A stretch of DNA of 60,859 bases from Patescibacteria group bacterium (GTDB lineage Bacteria > Patescibacteriota > Microgenomatia > Daviesbacterales > UBA10151), in contig CALRFD010000007.1 of assembly GCA_943356485.1 (NCBI GenBank), forward strand, positions 1-60,859, written 5' to 3'. Under the pieces are notes generated by a model, which had not been told where the DNA came from, searched no databases, and saw only the letters and a list, made by a program, of their open reading frames with translations. A program made the translations under genes and the position numbers. This document shows, in pieces, positions 37,243 through 46,603 of this stretch; positions within the stretch are counted from its first letter, which is position 1, and each line of letters starts with the position of its first letter.

Positions 37243-37692
37243 CTACTGAACCTCTAACATACCTTTCATACCCATCTGCCTGTGATTTCCAACAGAGCAA
37301 TAGTATTCAAAACTGCCGGCTTTATCTGCCTTAAATTCTAAAACCTCCTCTGCTCCTGCCTTAAGGACTTTAGTACTGACACCCAGTTCATCAATAACAA
37401 AATTATGTGTCCCGCCAGAGTTTTTAAAGGTAATCTTTACCGTATCACCCTTTTTAACTTTCAAAACTGCCGGCTCAAATTTAAATGATGAACCAACAAC
37501 GCTAAAAGCTTTAACTTCTCCTGCCATAGCCGAGCTGGAGGATTCACTAGCGCTGCCAGTGGCTGTCGAATTATTTTCCACAGTTGTATTTGTTGCCATT
37601 TCAGCCGGCTTATTAGCTCCCTTAAGCAATAAAAACCCTGCAACCAAAACTACAACTATAACCACACCTGCGATCAAAACATTTTTATTCAT
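37243..37692 (-). CDS. Cupredoxin / plastocyanin-like protein
   Basis: N-terminal TM; type-1 Cu ligands HN...YYC...H..MGM. Confidence 0.9.
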   Translation of the reverse strand: MNKNVLIAGVVIVVVLVAGFLLLKGANKPAEMATNTTVENNSTATGSASESSSSAMAGEVKAFSVVGSSFKFEPAVLKVKKGDTVKITFKNSGGTHNFVIDELGVSTKVLKAGAEEVLEFKADKAGSFEYYCSVGNHRQMGMKGMLEVQ

Positions 37693-37765
37693 TTACCCAC
37701 CCCCTTTCTTCTTACTTATATAGAAGATACCAACTTTTAACCCCTCCAATCAAGTAGGAGATTAG

Positions 37766-38197
37766 TTAGTTTCTAGCTGAAGCACTGGAACTACCCGCAT
37801 ACCCTCCCCGCATCTGCGGATTGAGTTGGATATTCATAGCAGTTACACTGCCATCAGAATTAGTAGTACCAAAAACAGCTACTTTTTCCCCTGTTTTAAG
37901 ATCTGTTTTTAAAGCCGGTTTCGCTTTATTGATTTGAATTTTATCAGACACCAGAATAATCTTACTGCTGCCATCCGGCAGTTTAACCGTGATACTTTTA
38001 CCATCCACTGAGATTATCTCACCGGTTACCGGCCGGTTATTACCTTGTCCGGGTGCGAATCTTCTTCCGGCTCCTCCACTCCCTTGACTTAACTGTCCTG
38101 ACTCTTTTGTGGAACGCTGATACTCAATTCCTCCAAAAAAACCAAATGCTAGTCCGAGAATTAATAAAACTCCTGCAATAATATTTGTTTTTTTCAT
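37766..38197 (-). CDS. Membrane-anchored OB-fold-like (DUF5666-like) protein
   Basis: TM, then VTGEIISVD, DLKTGEKVAV.G. Confidence 0.6.
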   Translation of the reverse strand: MKKTNIIAGVLLILGLAFGFFGGIEYQRSTKESGQLSQGSGGAGRRFAPGQGNNRPVTGEIISVDGKSITVKLPDGSSKIILVSDKIQINKAKPALKTDLKTGEKVAVFGTTNSDGSVTAMNIQLNPQMRGGYAGSSSASARN

Positions 38198-39153
38198 TTA
38201 TCTTCACCTCCTTTCGTAAAATATTCATAAACATTTTTGGATATTTGCGATATTCTATCTTCTGCTGCTGAGGGCATATCAGTATCAGATAAAACAACAA
38301 TTATATAGTCTCCTTTTTGGGTAAAAACTATTCCACTGTCATGAGTAAAGGACGCAATCTCTCCGGTCTTATGGGCAATTACCAAACCCTCGGGAAGAAA
38401 TCTAGGCAATTTATTATTCAGCTGCTGCCTTTTTAGCAGATCCAGCATCTTATTTGTATTCTCCTGATTTGCCAGTTCACCTTTATATAATTTTTCCAAA
38501 AATAAAGCTATGTCTGAGGCTGTAGTTGTCGGATTTTGATCACCAGTCCCGACTAAGACTTCAAAAAAACCATTCTTCGACAGGAAAGAATTAATGGATG
38601 AAAGCTTTATTCTTTCTGTCAAAAGCAGAGCTGCATAATTATGGGAAATTGTAATCATCTGATTAAGAGCATCCGACACAGAAAGGGTTATCTTACCTTC
38701 AGTTAATTCGGCCTCACCCTCAGATAAGTTGAACGCATTATTTAAAACAGATACATCTTCGGACAACACTTCGTCTTCTTTTAGATCTCCATCCTGAATC
38801 TGCTTAAAAGATTCTGCCATGACCCAAAGTTTATAAAGGCTGGCCGCATTAAAACTTTTATGCTCATTTAAAAAATACACCTCAGGCGTTTTTAAACTTT
38901 TTACGACGATTCCATAGCTACCTTGCGTCCCTGCCAAGGCGTCTTTCACAGTAGCTTCCAAACTCAAAGTTGAATATTCCCTGCTCTTTGAAGAGACATT
39001 AGAAGCTACAGAAGGACTATTAAGCGGCTCATTTTTTTTAAATCCTTTAGAAAAATAACTAAATATTAAAAGTATAAAAAAAACTCCTACAAACAAAGGG
39101 CTTAACAACCCTTTTAATCTTTCTTTAGTTCTCCTGGTAACCATCTTACTCAT
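38194..39153 (-). CDS. Class A beta-lactamase-like serine hydrolase
   Basis: SLYK (SxxK), SHN (SxN), HKTG; N-terminal TM. Confidence 0.88.
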   Translation of the reverse strand: MSKMVTRRTKERLKGLLSPLFVGVFFILLIFSYFSKGFKKNEPLNSPSVASNVSSKSREYSTLSLEATVKDALAGTQGSYGIVVKSLKTPEVYFLNEHKSFNAASLYKLWVMAESFKQIQDGDLKEDEVLSEDVSVLNNAFNLSEGEAELTEGKITLSVSDALNQMITISHNYAALLLTERIKLSSINSFLSKNGFFEVLVGTGDQNPTTTASDIALFLEKLYKGELANQENTNKMLDLLKRQQLNNKLPRFLPEGLVIAHKTGEIASFTHDSGIVFTQKGDYIIVVLSDTDMPSAAEDRISQISKNVYEYFTKGGEDK

Positions 39154-40366
39154 ACCTTAATGCCTCGATCGGCTGCAAATTCGAGGCACGTCGGGCAGGA
39201 TACCAGCCAAATAAGATACCAATGCCGCCGGAAACGGCAAATGCCAACATAATTGATGCAGGTGATAATATGAACAACGACCCGGTTACAACAGAATAGA
39301 TATACGAGACTAAAATACCTCCCATTATCCCAATCACTCCTCCGATAAACGTTAAAATAATTGCTTCAATCAGGAATTGACTGATAATAATTTTTTTCTT
39401 TGCTCCGAGGGCTTTTCTAAGCCCAATCTCCCGGGTTCGCTCTGTCACAGTAACCAACATAATATTCATAATCCCGATACCTCCTACTAAAAGAGAGATC
39501 GCGGCTATTCCTGACAAAAGAGTCGTAAAGGTACCGGTTGTTGCAGAGGCGGTATTTAAGATATCCTGCTGGGAAAATATAGAGAAATCTGCCTGAGAAG
39601 GATCCTTAAGTTTATGCCGGGCTAAAAGCAGATAACCTACCTCATTTTGCGCATCTACTGAAACCTCTGCTGATTTAGCTTCCAGGGCAACCGAGGAGAG
39701 ATAATCTACTCCAAAGAGCTGTTTTTGCGCAGTTGATAAAGGCACATAGATCACATCGTCCTGATTCCCAAAACCAGTTCCCCCTTTAGACTGAGTTACG
39801 CCTATGATAACAAAGGTCTGCCCGAAAATTCTGATATTTTGCCCAATTGGATCAACCCCGTTAAATAGATCGGAAACAATCTGAGGCCCGATTACCGCGA
39901 CTTTAGCCATCGCTTTAGTATCCCGATCAGAGATAAAATTTCCTGAATCCAAAATAATTTTATGGACAATTGGATATATTGAAGTCACCCCGATAACCTG
40001 GGTGTTGGTGTTTGTTGATCCGGTTATTACCTGGGTTCTTCTGTAAAGTTCAGGTGAAACATTGGATATAGTGGTAATTTGTGGCGAGGACTTTATGGCG
40101 TTTGCATCATCCAAAGTTAAAGTCGTTCCACCCCCTGATGCCCCCCTGAGAGCTCCGTTCCTTTGTGCTCCGGGATTAACTGTTAAAAGATTTGCGCCTA
40201 ATGATTGAATTTGATTTTGCACCTGTTGCTGGGTTGCCTGACCTAAAGAGACTAAAGTTATAACTGATCCTATGCCAATAATAATTCCTAAAGCCGCCAG
40301 AGAAGTCCTTAGCTTATTTACCCCCATATTAACCATAGCCTCAGATATAATTTCTCTATATTCCAT
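39146..40366 (-). CDS. MacB-like ABC permease
   Basis: LGIIIGI, GGIGIMNIML..VTERTREIG, ALRYE. Confidence 0.93.
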   Translation of the reverse strand: MEYREIISEAMVNMGVNKLRTSLAALGIIIGIGSVITLVSLGQATQQQVQNQIQSLGANLLTVNPGAQRNGALRGASGGGTTLTLDDANAIKSSPQITTISNVSPELYRRTQVITGSTNTNTQVIGVTSIYPIVHKIILDSGNFISDRDTKAMAKVAVIGPQIVSDLFNGVDPIGQNIRIFGQTFVIIGVTQSKGGTGFGNQDDVIYVPLSTAQKQLFGVDYLSSVALEAKSAEVSVDAQNEVGYLLLARHKLKDPSQADFSIFSQQDILNTASATTGTFTTLLSGIAAISLLVGGIGIMNIMLVTVTERTREIGLRKALGAKKKIIISQFLIEAIILTFIGGVIGIMGGILVSYIYSVVTGSLFILSPASIMLAFAVSGGIGILFGWYPARRASNLQPIEALRYE

Positions 40367-40383
40367 AATCTCCTTTTGTCATT

Positions 40384-41091
40384 TTAAACCTTACGTTGTT
40401 TGTGCCCATTGGAATCTTTAACAATTTTTCCGTCTTTAATAAGGATAACCCGGTTGGCATGCTCGGCAATATCAAGCTCGTGAGTAATCATCACTATAGT
40501 ATGTCCTTCTTCATTTAACTTTTGGAAAATCCCCATAATCTCCGCGGCCTGACTTGATGCAATATTTCCGGTTGGCTCATCTGCAAGTAAAATAGCCGGA
40601 TTCATCGCTAGACCCCTGGCAATAGCCACCCTTTGCATCTGTCCTCCGGAAAGTTGGTTTGAGGTATGATCGATCCGATCGCCAAGCCCGACCATTTCGA
40701 GAAATTTTTTTGCCCTTTCAATCCGCTCCGGCTTCGGCACTCCGCCGTAAACCATCGGCAACATCACATTTTTTAAAGCAGAGGTCCTGGGTAGCAGGTT
40801 AAACGCCTGAAAGATAAACCCGATTTTGCGGTTTCTTATATCTGCCAACTCATCATCACTAAGTTTGGAAACTTCTTCCCCGTCTAAAATATAGGTTCCG
40901 GAAGTAGGGGTATCCAGGGCTCCCAAGATATGCATAAGGGTTGATTTGCCTGATCCGGATGGACCCATAATCGCGACAAATTCAACTTTGTTGATATTAA
41001 TGGAAACGTCCTGCAAAGCTTCGGGTTCAACAGTTCCGGTGGTATAGACCTTTCTTAAATGTGTTGTTTGAATAATAGATTCATTTTTCAT
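40384..41091 (-). CDS. MacB/LolD-like ABC ATP-binding protein
   Basis: GPSGSGKS, LSGGQMQR, LADEPTGN. Confidence 0.95.
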   Translation of the reverse strand: MKNESIIQTTHLRKVYTTGTVEPEALQDVSININKVEFVAIMGPSGSGKSTLMHILGALDTPTSGTYILDGEEVSKLSDDELADIRNRKIGFIFQAFNLLPRTSALKNVMLPMVYGGVPKPERIERAKKFLEMVGLGDRIDHTSNQLSGGQMQRVAIARGLAMNPAILLADEPTGNIASSQAAEIMGIFQKLNEEGHTIVMITHELDIAEHANRVILIKDGKIVKDSNGHKQRKV

Positions 41092-42368
41092 TAACCGCCT
41101 CGTCCTCCGCCCACCCGAATACCTCCACCTCCTCCGCCAAATCCTCCTCTAATTGCCCCAAAAGGCGAGCTTGTTTTTGTTGAGGCAGCTTTAGAGGTTG
41201 CATTGACTACCCCTGTATCTACAATATCGCCATCACTGATCCCTGATGAGATTTCCGTTTCCATCTCGTTAGAATCACCGACTGTCACATTAACTGTTAT
41301 AACCTTCTTGTTTTTTAAAACTCTAACGGATGACCCGTTCGCACCTGTTGAAAGCGCAGCGTTGGGTACTAAAACTACATCATTTTTTACACTGGTAATA
41401 ATCTTTGCCGACACAGCCATGTTAGGATAGATATGATCGTTACCGCTGTCAAAAGAGATTACTGCCGGATAAGTGCTAACTCCTGATGAAACTACCCCGT
41501 TCGTATTTATACTGACAACTTTTCCGGTAAATGTAACGCCTGGAAAAGAATCCAAAGTTAAGGTTGCCTTTTGTCCTTCCAAAGCTTTAACAGAATCAAT
41601 TTCAGAAATATTAACCTGTGCTAAAATTGAGCCTTCCTGGTTAATTGATCCTAGAACCTGAGAGGTACTGGTGGCATTGGAAGAACTGCTGGTGACAGTT
41701 ACAATCGCACCCGGCGTAATAGTCAAACCTTTAATTATCCCGGAAGCAGGAGCGGTGATGGTAGATGAAGTTTGACTAAGGTTTAAAGAAGCTGCAGTCA
41801 AAGAAGACTGGGCAGCTAAAATAGCTGTTGCCTGATTTTTATAATCTGATTCGGCCTGTAACCAGGTAGCATTTTCTTCTATATAAGTTGGATCGCTTGT
41901 TAGAAGACCTCTTGCCACAGCATCATTTATCAGCTTTTGGTTTGCGACGAAAAGAGTATTTTGCAGTGAATTATATTTAGCATTTGCATTGTCCAGGGAA
42001 TTTCTAGCTGAAAGGTAAGAAGCATATGCGCCAGCTGCCTTTTGTTGCGAGGCCTGATCCAGTGTTAAGGTAGCAATCGTTTGACCCTGTGTAACTTTAT
42101 CCCCGTTTTTCACCAGGACTTCTTTTACAACCCCTGAGGCCTGAATTGTAATATTTACGTTATTGGCAGAGGTAATTGTGCCCGTGGCAGTAATCGTATT
42201 GATTAAAGTCCCTGTTTGTGCCTGCGCTGTCTGGTAAGTAGGAGCTTGGTTTTGACTACTTATTTTTGTATAGACAAAGTATCCGGAGACGACAAGCATG
42301 ATTATTAAGACGGCAATCTTAGTCTTGCTTTTAAAAATACTTTTGAGAAATTCTACTATAGATTTCAT
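41091..42368 (-). CDS. MacA-like membrane fusion (adaptor) protein
   Basis: TM, barrel-sandwich hybrid motifs, coiled coil, Gly-rich tail. Confidence 0.88.
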   Translation of the reverse strand: MKSIVEFLKSIFKSKTKIAVLIIMLVVSGYFVYTKISSQNQAPTYQTAQAQTGTLINTITATGTITSANNVNITIQASGVVKEVLVKNGDKVTQGQTIATLTLDQASQQKAAGAYASYLSARNSLDNANAKYNSLQNTLFVANQKLINDAVARGLLTSDPTYIEENATWLQAESDYKNQATAILAAQSSLTAASLNLSQTSSTITAPASGIIKGLTITPGAIVTVTSSSSNATSTSQVLGSINQEGSILAQVNISEIDSVKALEGQKATLTLDSFPGVTFTGKVVSINTNGVVSSGVSTYPAVISFDSGNDHIYPNMAVSAKIITSVKNDVVLVPNAALSTGANGSSVRVLKNKKVITVNVTVGDSNEMETEISSGISDGDIVDTGVVNATSKAASTKTSSPFGAIRGGFGGGGGGIRVGGGRGG

Positions 42369-42396
42369 TTAGCATCCCCCATATTATCTCTTAATC

Positions 42397-42413
42397 CTGA
42401 GAGAAAGCTTAAA
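42397..42413 (-). promoter_or_regulatory. Putative OmpR-family direct-repeat box upstream of the macA-like gene
   Basis: Minus strand tttaag-N5-tctcag just upstream of a -10-like element. Confidence 0.5.
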
Positions 42414-42425
42414 AATTAATCCCAG

Positions 42426-42462
42426 TACACCTCCGATGTGTATTAGCTAGGACACCTAGGGA
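42426..42462 (+). repeat. REP-like element family A
   Basis: tacacctccgatgtgtattagctaggacacctaggga, just past the kinase stop. Confidence 0.88.
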
Positions 42463-42465
42463 TTT

Positions 42466-43476
42466 TTAATATTTAACCGGCAGTTGAATGGAAAAGATTG
42501 AACCCTTGTTTATTTCGCTTTCTACTTTAATCAAACCCTTATGCTCATCAATAATTTGCTTGGCAATAGATAACCCTAAACCATAGCCGGAAATACCCTC
42601 TTTGGTTCTGGATTTATCTGAGCGGTAAAATCTATCAAAAATATGTGCTATATCTTCCTTGGAAATTCCGACTCCTTGATCCTTCACTTTGATAAGAATA
42701 TATCCATCTATTTTTTCTGATGTAACAATCACATTTTTCCCTTGAGGACTATACTTAATTGCATTGTCTAAAAGAATTACAAAAAGCTCTATTAAACTTT
42801 GCTTATCTCCAAGAAGTTTTATATTCCTGATATTATTTTTAACAATAATTTTTTTATTTTTTGCTAAGTTGATAACTTTTTTAACTGCTTCTTCCAAAAT
42901 TTCTAATAAATCAACTTCTTCAAAAATATTTCCGTTATTTTTTTGATATTGAGCAAGCTTGATTAAATTATCAGACAGGTATTGTAAGTTATTGACCTCC
43001 TCTAAATTACTCATCAAAAGTTTTTTAGCGTTAGGCAAATTTAGATTTTTATCCCTCAAATTAACTTCTATCTCAGACTTTAAAGAAGTTAAAGGGGTAC
43101 GCAACTCATGTGAGGCATCTGTTATAAATCTGCTTTGCTCATCAACCATCTTCTTAATCGGCTTAAGCGTTCTCCCGGCCAAAAAATATCCCAATATACC
43201 TGAGGTTGCTAAAATACCTAAGTTAATTAAAATTAATATCGACCTTAATCTATTTTTACTTTCATTTATTAACTCAGGATCTATCACAGGTTGCCTGAAA
43301 ATATTTGGTTGCAATCCTAAAGGCAGCAAACGTTCCCTTCTCAATCTTTGTACTCTTTCAACTCTAGTCAGCTCATTACTTAAAACTCCATAAATTGCAA
43401 CACTAAATGCAATACTAATCAGCATAATAATAAGTAAGTACCAACCTGTTAGCTTAAACCTGGCTGATTCAAACAT
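42466..43476 (-). CDS. Sensor histidine kinase
   Basis: DASHELRTP, DNAIKYS, D.G.G, GYGLGL; likely start MFES at 43476. Confidence 0.95.
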   Translation of the reverse strand: MFESARFKLTGWYLLIIMLISIAFSVAIYGVLSNELTRVERVQRLRRERLLPLGLQPNIFRQPVIDPELINESKNRLRSILILINLGILATSGILGYFLAGRTLKPIKKMVDEQSRFITDASHELRTPLTSLKSEIEVNLRDKNLNLPNAKKLLMSNLEEVNNLQYLSDNLIKLAQYQKNNGNIFEEVDLLEILEEAVKKVINLAKNKKIIVKNNIRNIKLLGDKQSLIELFVILLDNAIKYSPQGKNVIVTSEKIDGYILIKVKDQGVGISKEDIAHIFDRFYRSDKSRTKEGISGYGLGLSIAKQIIDEHKGLIKVESEINKGSIFSIQLPVKY

Positions 43477-44152
43477 TTTTTGCTCCAATCCTATAACCAA
43501 ACCCTCTGACAGTTTGTATTAACGGCTGTTTGTCTGGAAAAGGCTTATCAATTTTAGTCCGCAGATACCCAATATATACCTCCACTGTATTTGGCAGGAT
43601 ATTAGCATCATAATCCCAAACATGTGAAATTATCTGTTCTTTGGTTAAAATCTGATTTGGATGTCTTAAGAGATATTCTAATAAAGCATACTCTTTCGCT
43701 GAAAGCGATATTTTTCTATCTTCCCTTCTGACTTCATAACTTAGTGTATCTAAAGTTAAATCTCCAACCTGCAAGGCCTGGCCTTGCGAAGATAGCGGTC
43801 TTCTTAGCAAAGCTCTGACTCTGGCCAGTAATTCCTCAAAAGCAAAAGGCTTGGTTAAATAATCATCTGCCCCGGAGTTTAATCCCGACACTTTATCCTC
43901 CAGCTGTCCCTTCGCGGTCAATATCATAATCGGGGTGTGAATTTGCTTACTCCTTAGTTTTTTACAGATCTCTATACCATTAATACCAGGCAGTAAGATA
44001 TCCAAAATAATCAGGTCATATTCTTCACTTGAGGCCAAATCAAAACCATCAGTTCCTGTAAATGCACAGTCAACTGCAAAGGCTTCCTGCTCTAAGCCTT
44101 TTTTTATAGAGTTAGCAATCTTATGTTCATCTTCCACCACTAAAATTCGCAT
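43469..44152 (-). CDS. OmpR-family response regulator
   Basis: MRILVVED, LDILLPG, GADDYLTKPF, TVRGFGY. Confidence 0.96.
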   Translation of the reverse strand: MRILVVEDEHKIANSIKKGLEQEAFAVDCAFTGTDGFDLASSEEYDLIILDILLPGINGIEICKKLRSKQIHTPIMILTAKGQLEDKVSGLNSGADDYLTKPFAFEELLARVRALLRRPLSSQGQALQVGDLTLDTLSYEVRREDRKISLSAKEYALLEYLLRHPNQILTKEQIISHVWDYDANILPNTVEVYIGYLRTKIDKPFPDKQPLIQTVRGFGYRIGAKNV

Positions 44153-44175
44153 GTGGCTATTATAGCCATTTTAAT

Positions 44176-44192
44176 CTGAGAAACAACTGAAA
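44176..44192 (-). promoter_or_regulatory. Putative autoregulatory direct-repeat box
   Basis: Minus strand tttcag-N5-tctcag, 11 nt upstream of TATAAT (44159-44164). Confidence 0.55.
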
Positions 44193-44208
44193 CTAAAATT
44201 TATTGACT

Positions 44209-44283
44209 TGGTGGACTCGAGAGGTATCGAACCTCTGACCTCTTCGATGTGAACGAAGCGCTCTACCACTGAGCTACGAGTCC
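44209..44283 (-). tRNA. tRNA-Val (CAC)
   Basis: Acceptor ggactcg/cgagtcc; anticodon arm cttcg-tt-CAC-at-cgaag; encoded CCA. Confidence 0.96.
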
Positions 44284-44300
44284 AAACAATGTTAAGCAAG

Positions 44301-44354
44301 TCTAATCAACTGCCAGCCAAAGGCTGGTCGTCCTCTGGACGAAGCTATGCGTGC
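44301..44354 (-). pseudogene. tRNA 5' fragment split by a 30-bp double hairpin
   Basis: Minus strand gcacgcatagct[tcgtccagaggacga ccagcctttggctgg]cagttgattaga. Confidence 0.6.
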
Positions 44355-44419
44355 TCAATGATACATTCTAGCACCGTGCATATTGCATCTCAATTAGTTT
44401 ATTTGTAATAATACTATCC

Positions 44420-45040
44420 GTGGATCCAAATATTACACCTGCCGATTATTCAACTGATCTGTATAGTCAAGATAGTCAAATTCCAAAAAAAGGAATTTTT
44501 GAAAATCTGGGAGGTTTTTTCATTGAGTTTTTTGAAACATTAGTAGTCTTTGGGGCAATCTTTGCGGTGATCTATCTGTTTGTAGCTCAATTTCATAAAG
44601 TCTCCGGCCTATCTATGTTTCCCACAATGCACGATGCTGATTATTTAATTACAGAAAAAATTACATATAAATTTGAACTCCCTAAAAGAGGGCAGATCGT
44701 AGTTTTAAAAAACCCGAGGGATAATTCACAGGATTTTATAAAAAGAATCATTGCAGTTCCGGGAGATACTTTAAAGGTGGAACAAGACAGTGTTTTTCTA
44801 AATGGCCAAAAGCTTAATGAACAGTTCTTACCTGCCGCTACCCCTACCCACTCCGGTGCCTTCCTGACAGAAGGAACTACTGTTAAAGTTGGCTCTAATC
44901 AATACTTTGTTTTTGGCGACAACAGAAATCATTCTTCAGATTCAAGGGAATGGGGATCAATTACCAAAGAAGAAATCGTCGGCCGGGCATTTTTTAGATA
45001 CTGGCCTCCTGTAAGAGTCGGATCTCTGACTAATATTTAA
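44420..45040 (+). CDS. lepB: Signal peptidase I
   Basis: SMFPT, FIKRIIA, GDNRNHSSDSR. Confidence 0.95.
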   Translation: MDPNITPADYSTDLYSQDSQIPKKGIFENLGGFFIEFFETLVVFGAIFAVIYLFVAQFHKVSGLSMFPTMHDADYLITEKITYKFELPKRGQIVVLKNPRDNSQDFIKRIIAVPGDTLKVEQDSVFLNGQKLNEQFLPAATPTHSGAFLTEGTTVKVGSNQYFVFGDNRNHSSDSREWGSITKEEIVGRAFFRYWPPVRVGSLTNI

Positions 45041-45878
45041 GGTTAAAATATCCAACCAAAGCCTGACGGATATCTTCTAAAATAGGACTTGTTCTTGCAG
45101 GATCTCCATCAAGTCTGACTTCAACCTTGGCAGTTTTACCGGTTTGGATACATCTTACGCTTGACTTATTTATTTTTTGAGAAAAAATGGAACTTAAATC
45201 ATCCTGTATCTTATCTATCTCATCAGACATAATCCGCATCATCTCCGCTGTAGCCTGTTTTCTAGGTCCAATACCCTCTCTGGCTCGCAATCTTCTAACT
45301 AACTCTTCTGTTCCTCTAACTGATAAATTCTTCTTTAAAACATCCTTATAGGCATTTATTATTAAATGCGGATCTTCCAACGCCGCCAAAGCTCTGGCAT
45401 GTCCCTCACTTGTTGCCCCTGCCATTAATGCATCTTTTAGGGCATCCGGCAATGTTAAAAGTCTAATTGTGTTTGAAATATAAGGAGGGCTTTTTGAAAC
45501 TCGTACTGAAATTTCTGAATTAGTTAGTCCAAATTCATCCATTAATCTTTTATATGCCTGAGCCCGCTCCAGAGGATTTAGATCTATTCGCTGCACGTTT
45601 TCTACAATCGCCATCTCCAACATTCCCTGTGGACTGGTCTCTCTGATCCTGACCGGTACCTTAGGCAACCCTGCTACCTTTGATGCTCTCCAGCGTCTTT
45701 CACCTGCTATTATTTGATAACCTGCCGGAGTTTTAGCCACTACGATCGGCTCAAGTATCCCATGAGATCTGATTGACTCTGCAAGTTCAGAAAGTGATTC
45801 GGGGGTAATTAAACCTCTAGGTTGGAGCGGATTAGGCTGCAGTAAATCTATTTCTAACTCATAAATCTGTTCTTCCAT
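45030..45878 (-). CDS. parB: ParB/Spo0J partition protein
   Basis: NPLQPR, IIAGERRWRA, ENVQRIDL, HTH; likely start MEEQ at 45878. Confidence 0.93.
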   Translation of the reverse strand: MEEQIYELEIDLLQPNPLQPRGLITPESLSELAESIRSHGILEPIVVAKTPAGYQIIAGERRWRASKVAGLPKVPVRIRETSPQGMLEMAIVENVQRIDLNPLERAQAYKRLMDEFGLTNSEISVRVSKSPPYISNTIRLLTLPDALKDALMAGATSEGHARALAALEDPHLIINAYKDVLKKNLSVRGTEELVRRLRAREGIGPRKQATAEMMRIMSDEIDKIQDDLSSIFSQKINKSSVRCIQTGKTAKVEVRLDGDPARTSPILEDIRQALVGYFNLKY

Positions 45879-45906
45879 TAAATTTTGAGATAAACCCCTT
45901 ACTAGA

Positions 45907-46152
45907 CTAAACCACACTAACTATTGTCTTAGTTAACTTCTTTTTAAATTCTACTTTGCCTACTCCTGTTGCAAAAAGAGTGTAATCATTACCCTGCAAA
46001 ACACCCACTCCAGGATAAAATTTGTTTCCTTTTTGTCTAACGATTATATTGCCTGATTTTACGACTTGACCACCATAAATTTTGACGCCCAGGCGCTTTG
46101 AAATTGAGTCTCTATTTTTTCTTGTACTTCCACCACCAGTTTTATGTGCCAT
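45907..46152 (-). CDS. rpmA: 50S ribosomal protein L27
   Basis: [26 protein letters not shown]. Confidence 0.97.
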   Translation of the reverse strand: MAHKTGGGSTRKNRDSISKRLGVKIYGGQVVKSGNIIVRQKGNKFYPGVGVLQGNDYTLFATGVGKVEFKKKLTKTIVSVV

Positions 46153-46231
46153 ATTTTACTTACCTGCTTTACAGGTTAAATTGTTGATAGATTTTAACCT
46201 TTGTGAAAACTTTAGTCAAGAGTTTGTAAAA

Positions 46232-46543
46232 TCAGGAGGACTTTTTAGTTTCTAAAACAATCTTTGTTAATTTAGATTTATGCCCTGTTGTTCTCCTGTA
46301 GTTTGCCTTGGCATGAAATTTAGAAACCCGAATTTTTTCTCCCCGGACATTTTCGAGCACGCTTAAAGTTAGCTTATCCTTTAAATAAGGTTCTCCTAAT
46401 TTAATCTTACCATCTTCAGATAAAAGTAAAACTGAAGCCTCTACAACTTTAGCCTCTTCTCCCTGATAATCAACCACCAAAGGTTTTCCGGGAATTACTT
46501 TATATTGTTTTCCAGATATCTCACAAACAGCGTAGTTTACCAT
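46232..46543 (-). CDS. rplU: 50S ribosomal protein L21
   Basis: YAV...GKQYKV, YRR..GH; adjacent to rpmA. Confidence 0.93.
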   Translation of the reverse strand: MVNYAVCEISGKQYKVIPGKPLVVDYQGEEAKVVEASVLLLSEDGKIKLGEPYLKDKLTLSVLENVRGEKIRVSKFHAKANYRRTTGHKSKLTKIVLETKKSS

Positions 46544-46603
46544 GTGCTAAATTTTACATTTTCATGAACTAAAATGCAACATTGATCTAAATTAGGTAAT
46601 TAT

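Noticed and set aside
38194-39153. Bona fide resistance beta-lactamase
   Set aside because: SxxK/SxN/KTG are present but I see no clear omega-loop ExxLN motif; more likely a cell-wall serine hydrolase.
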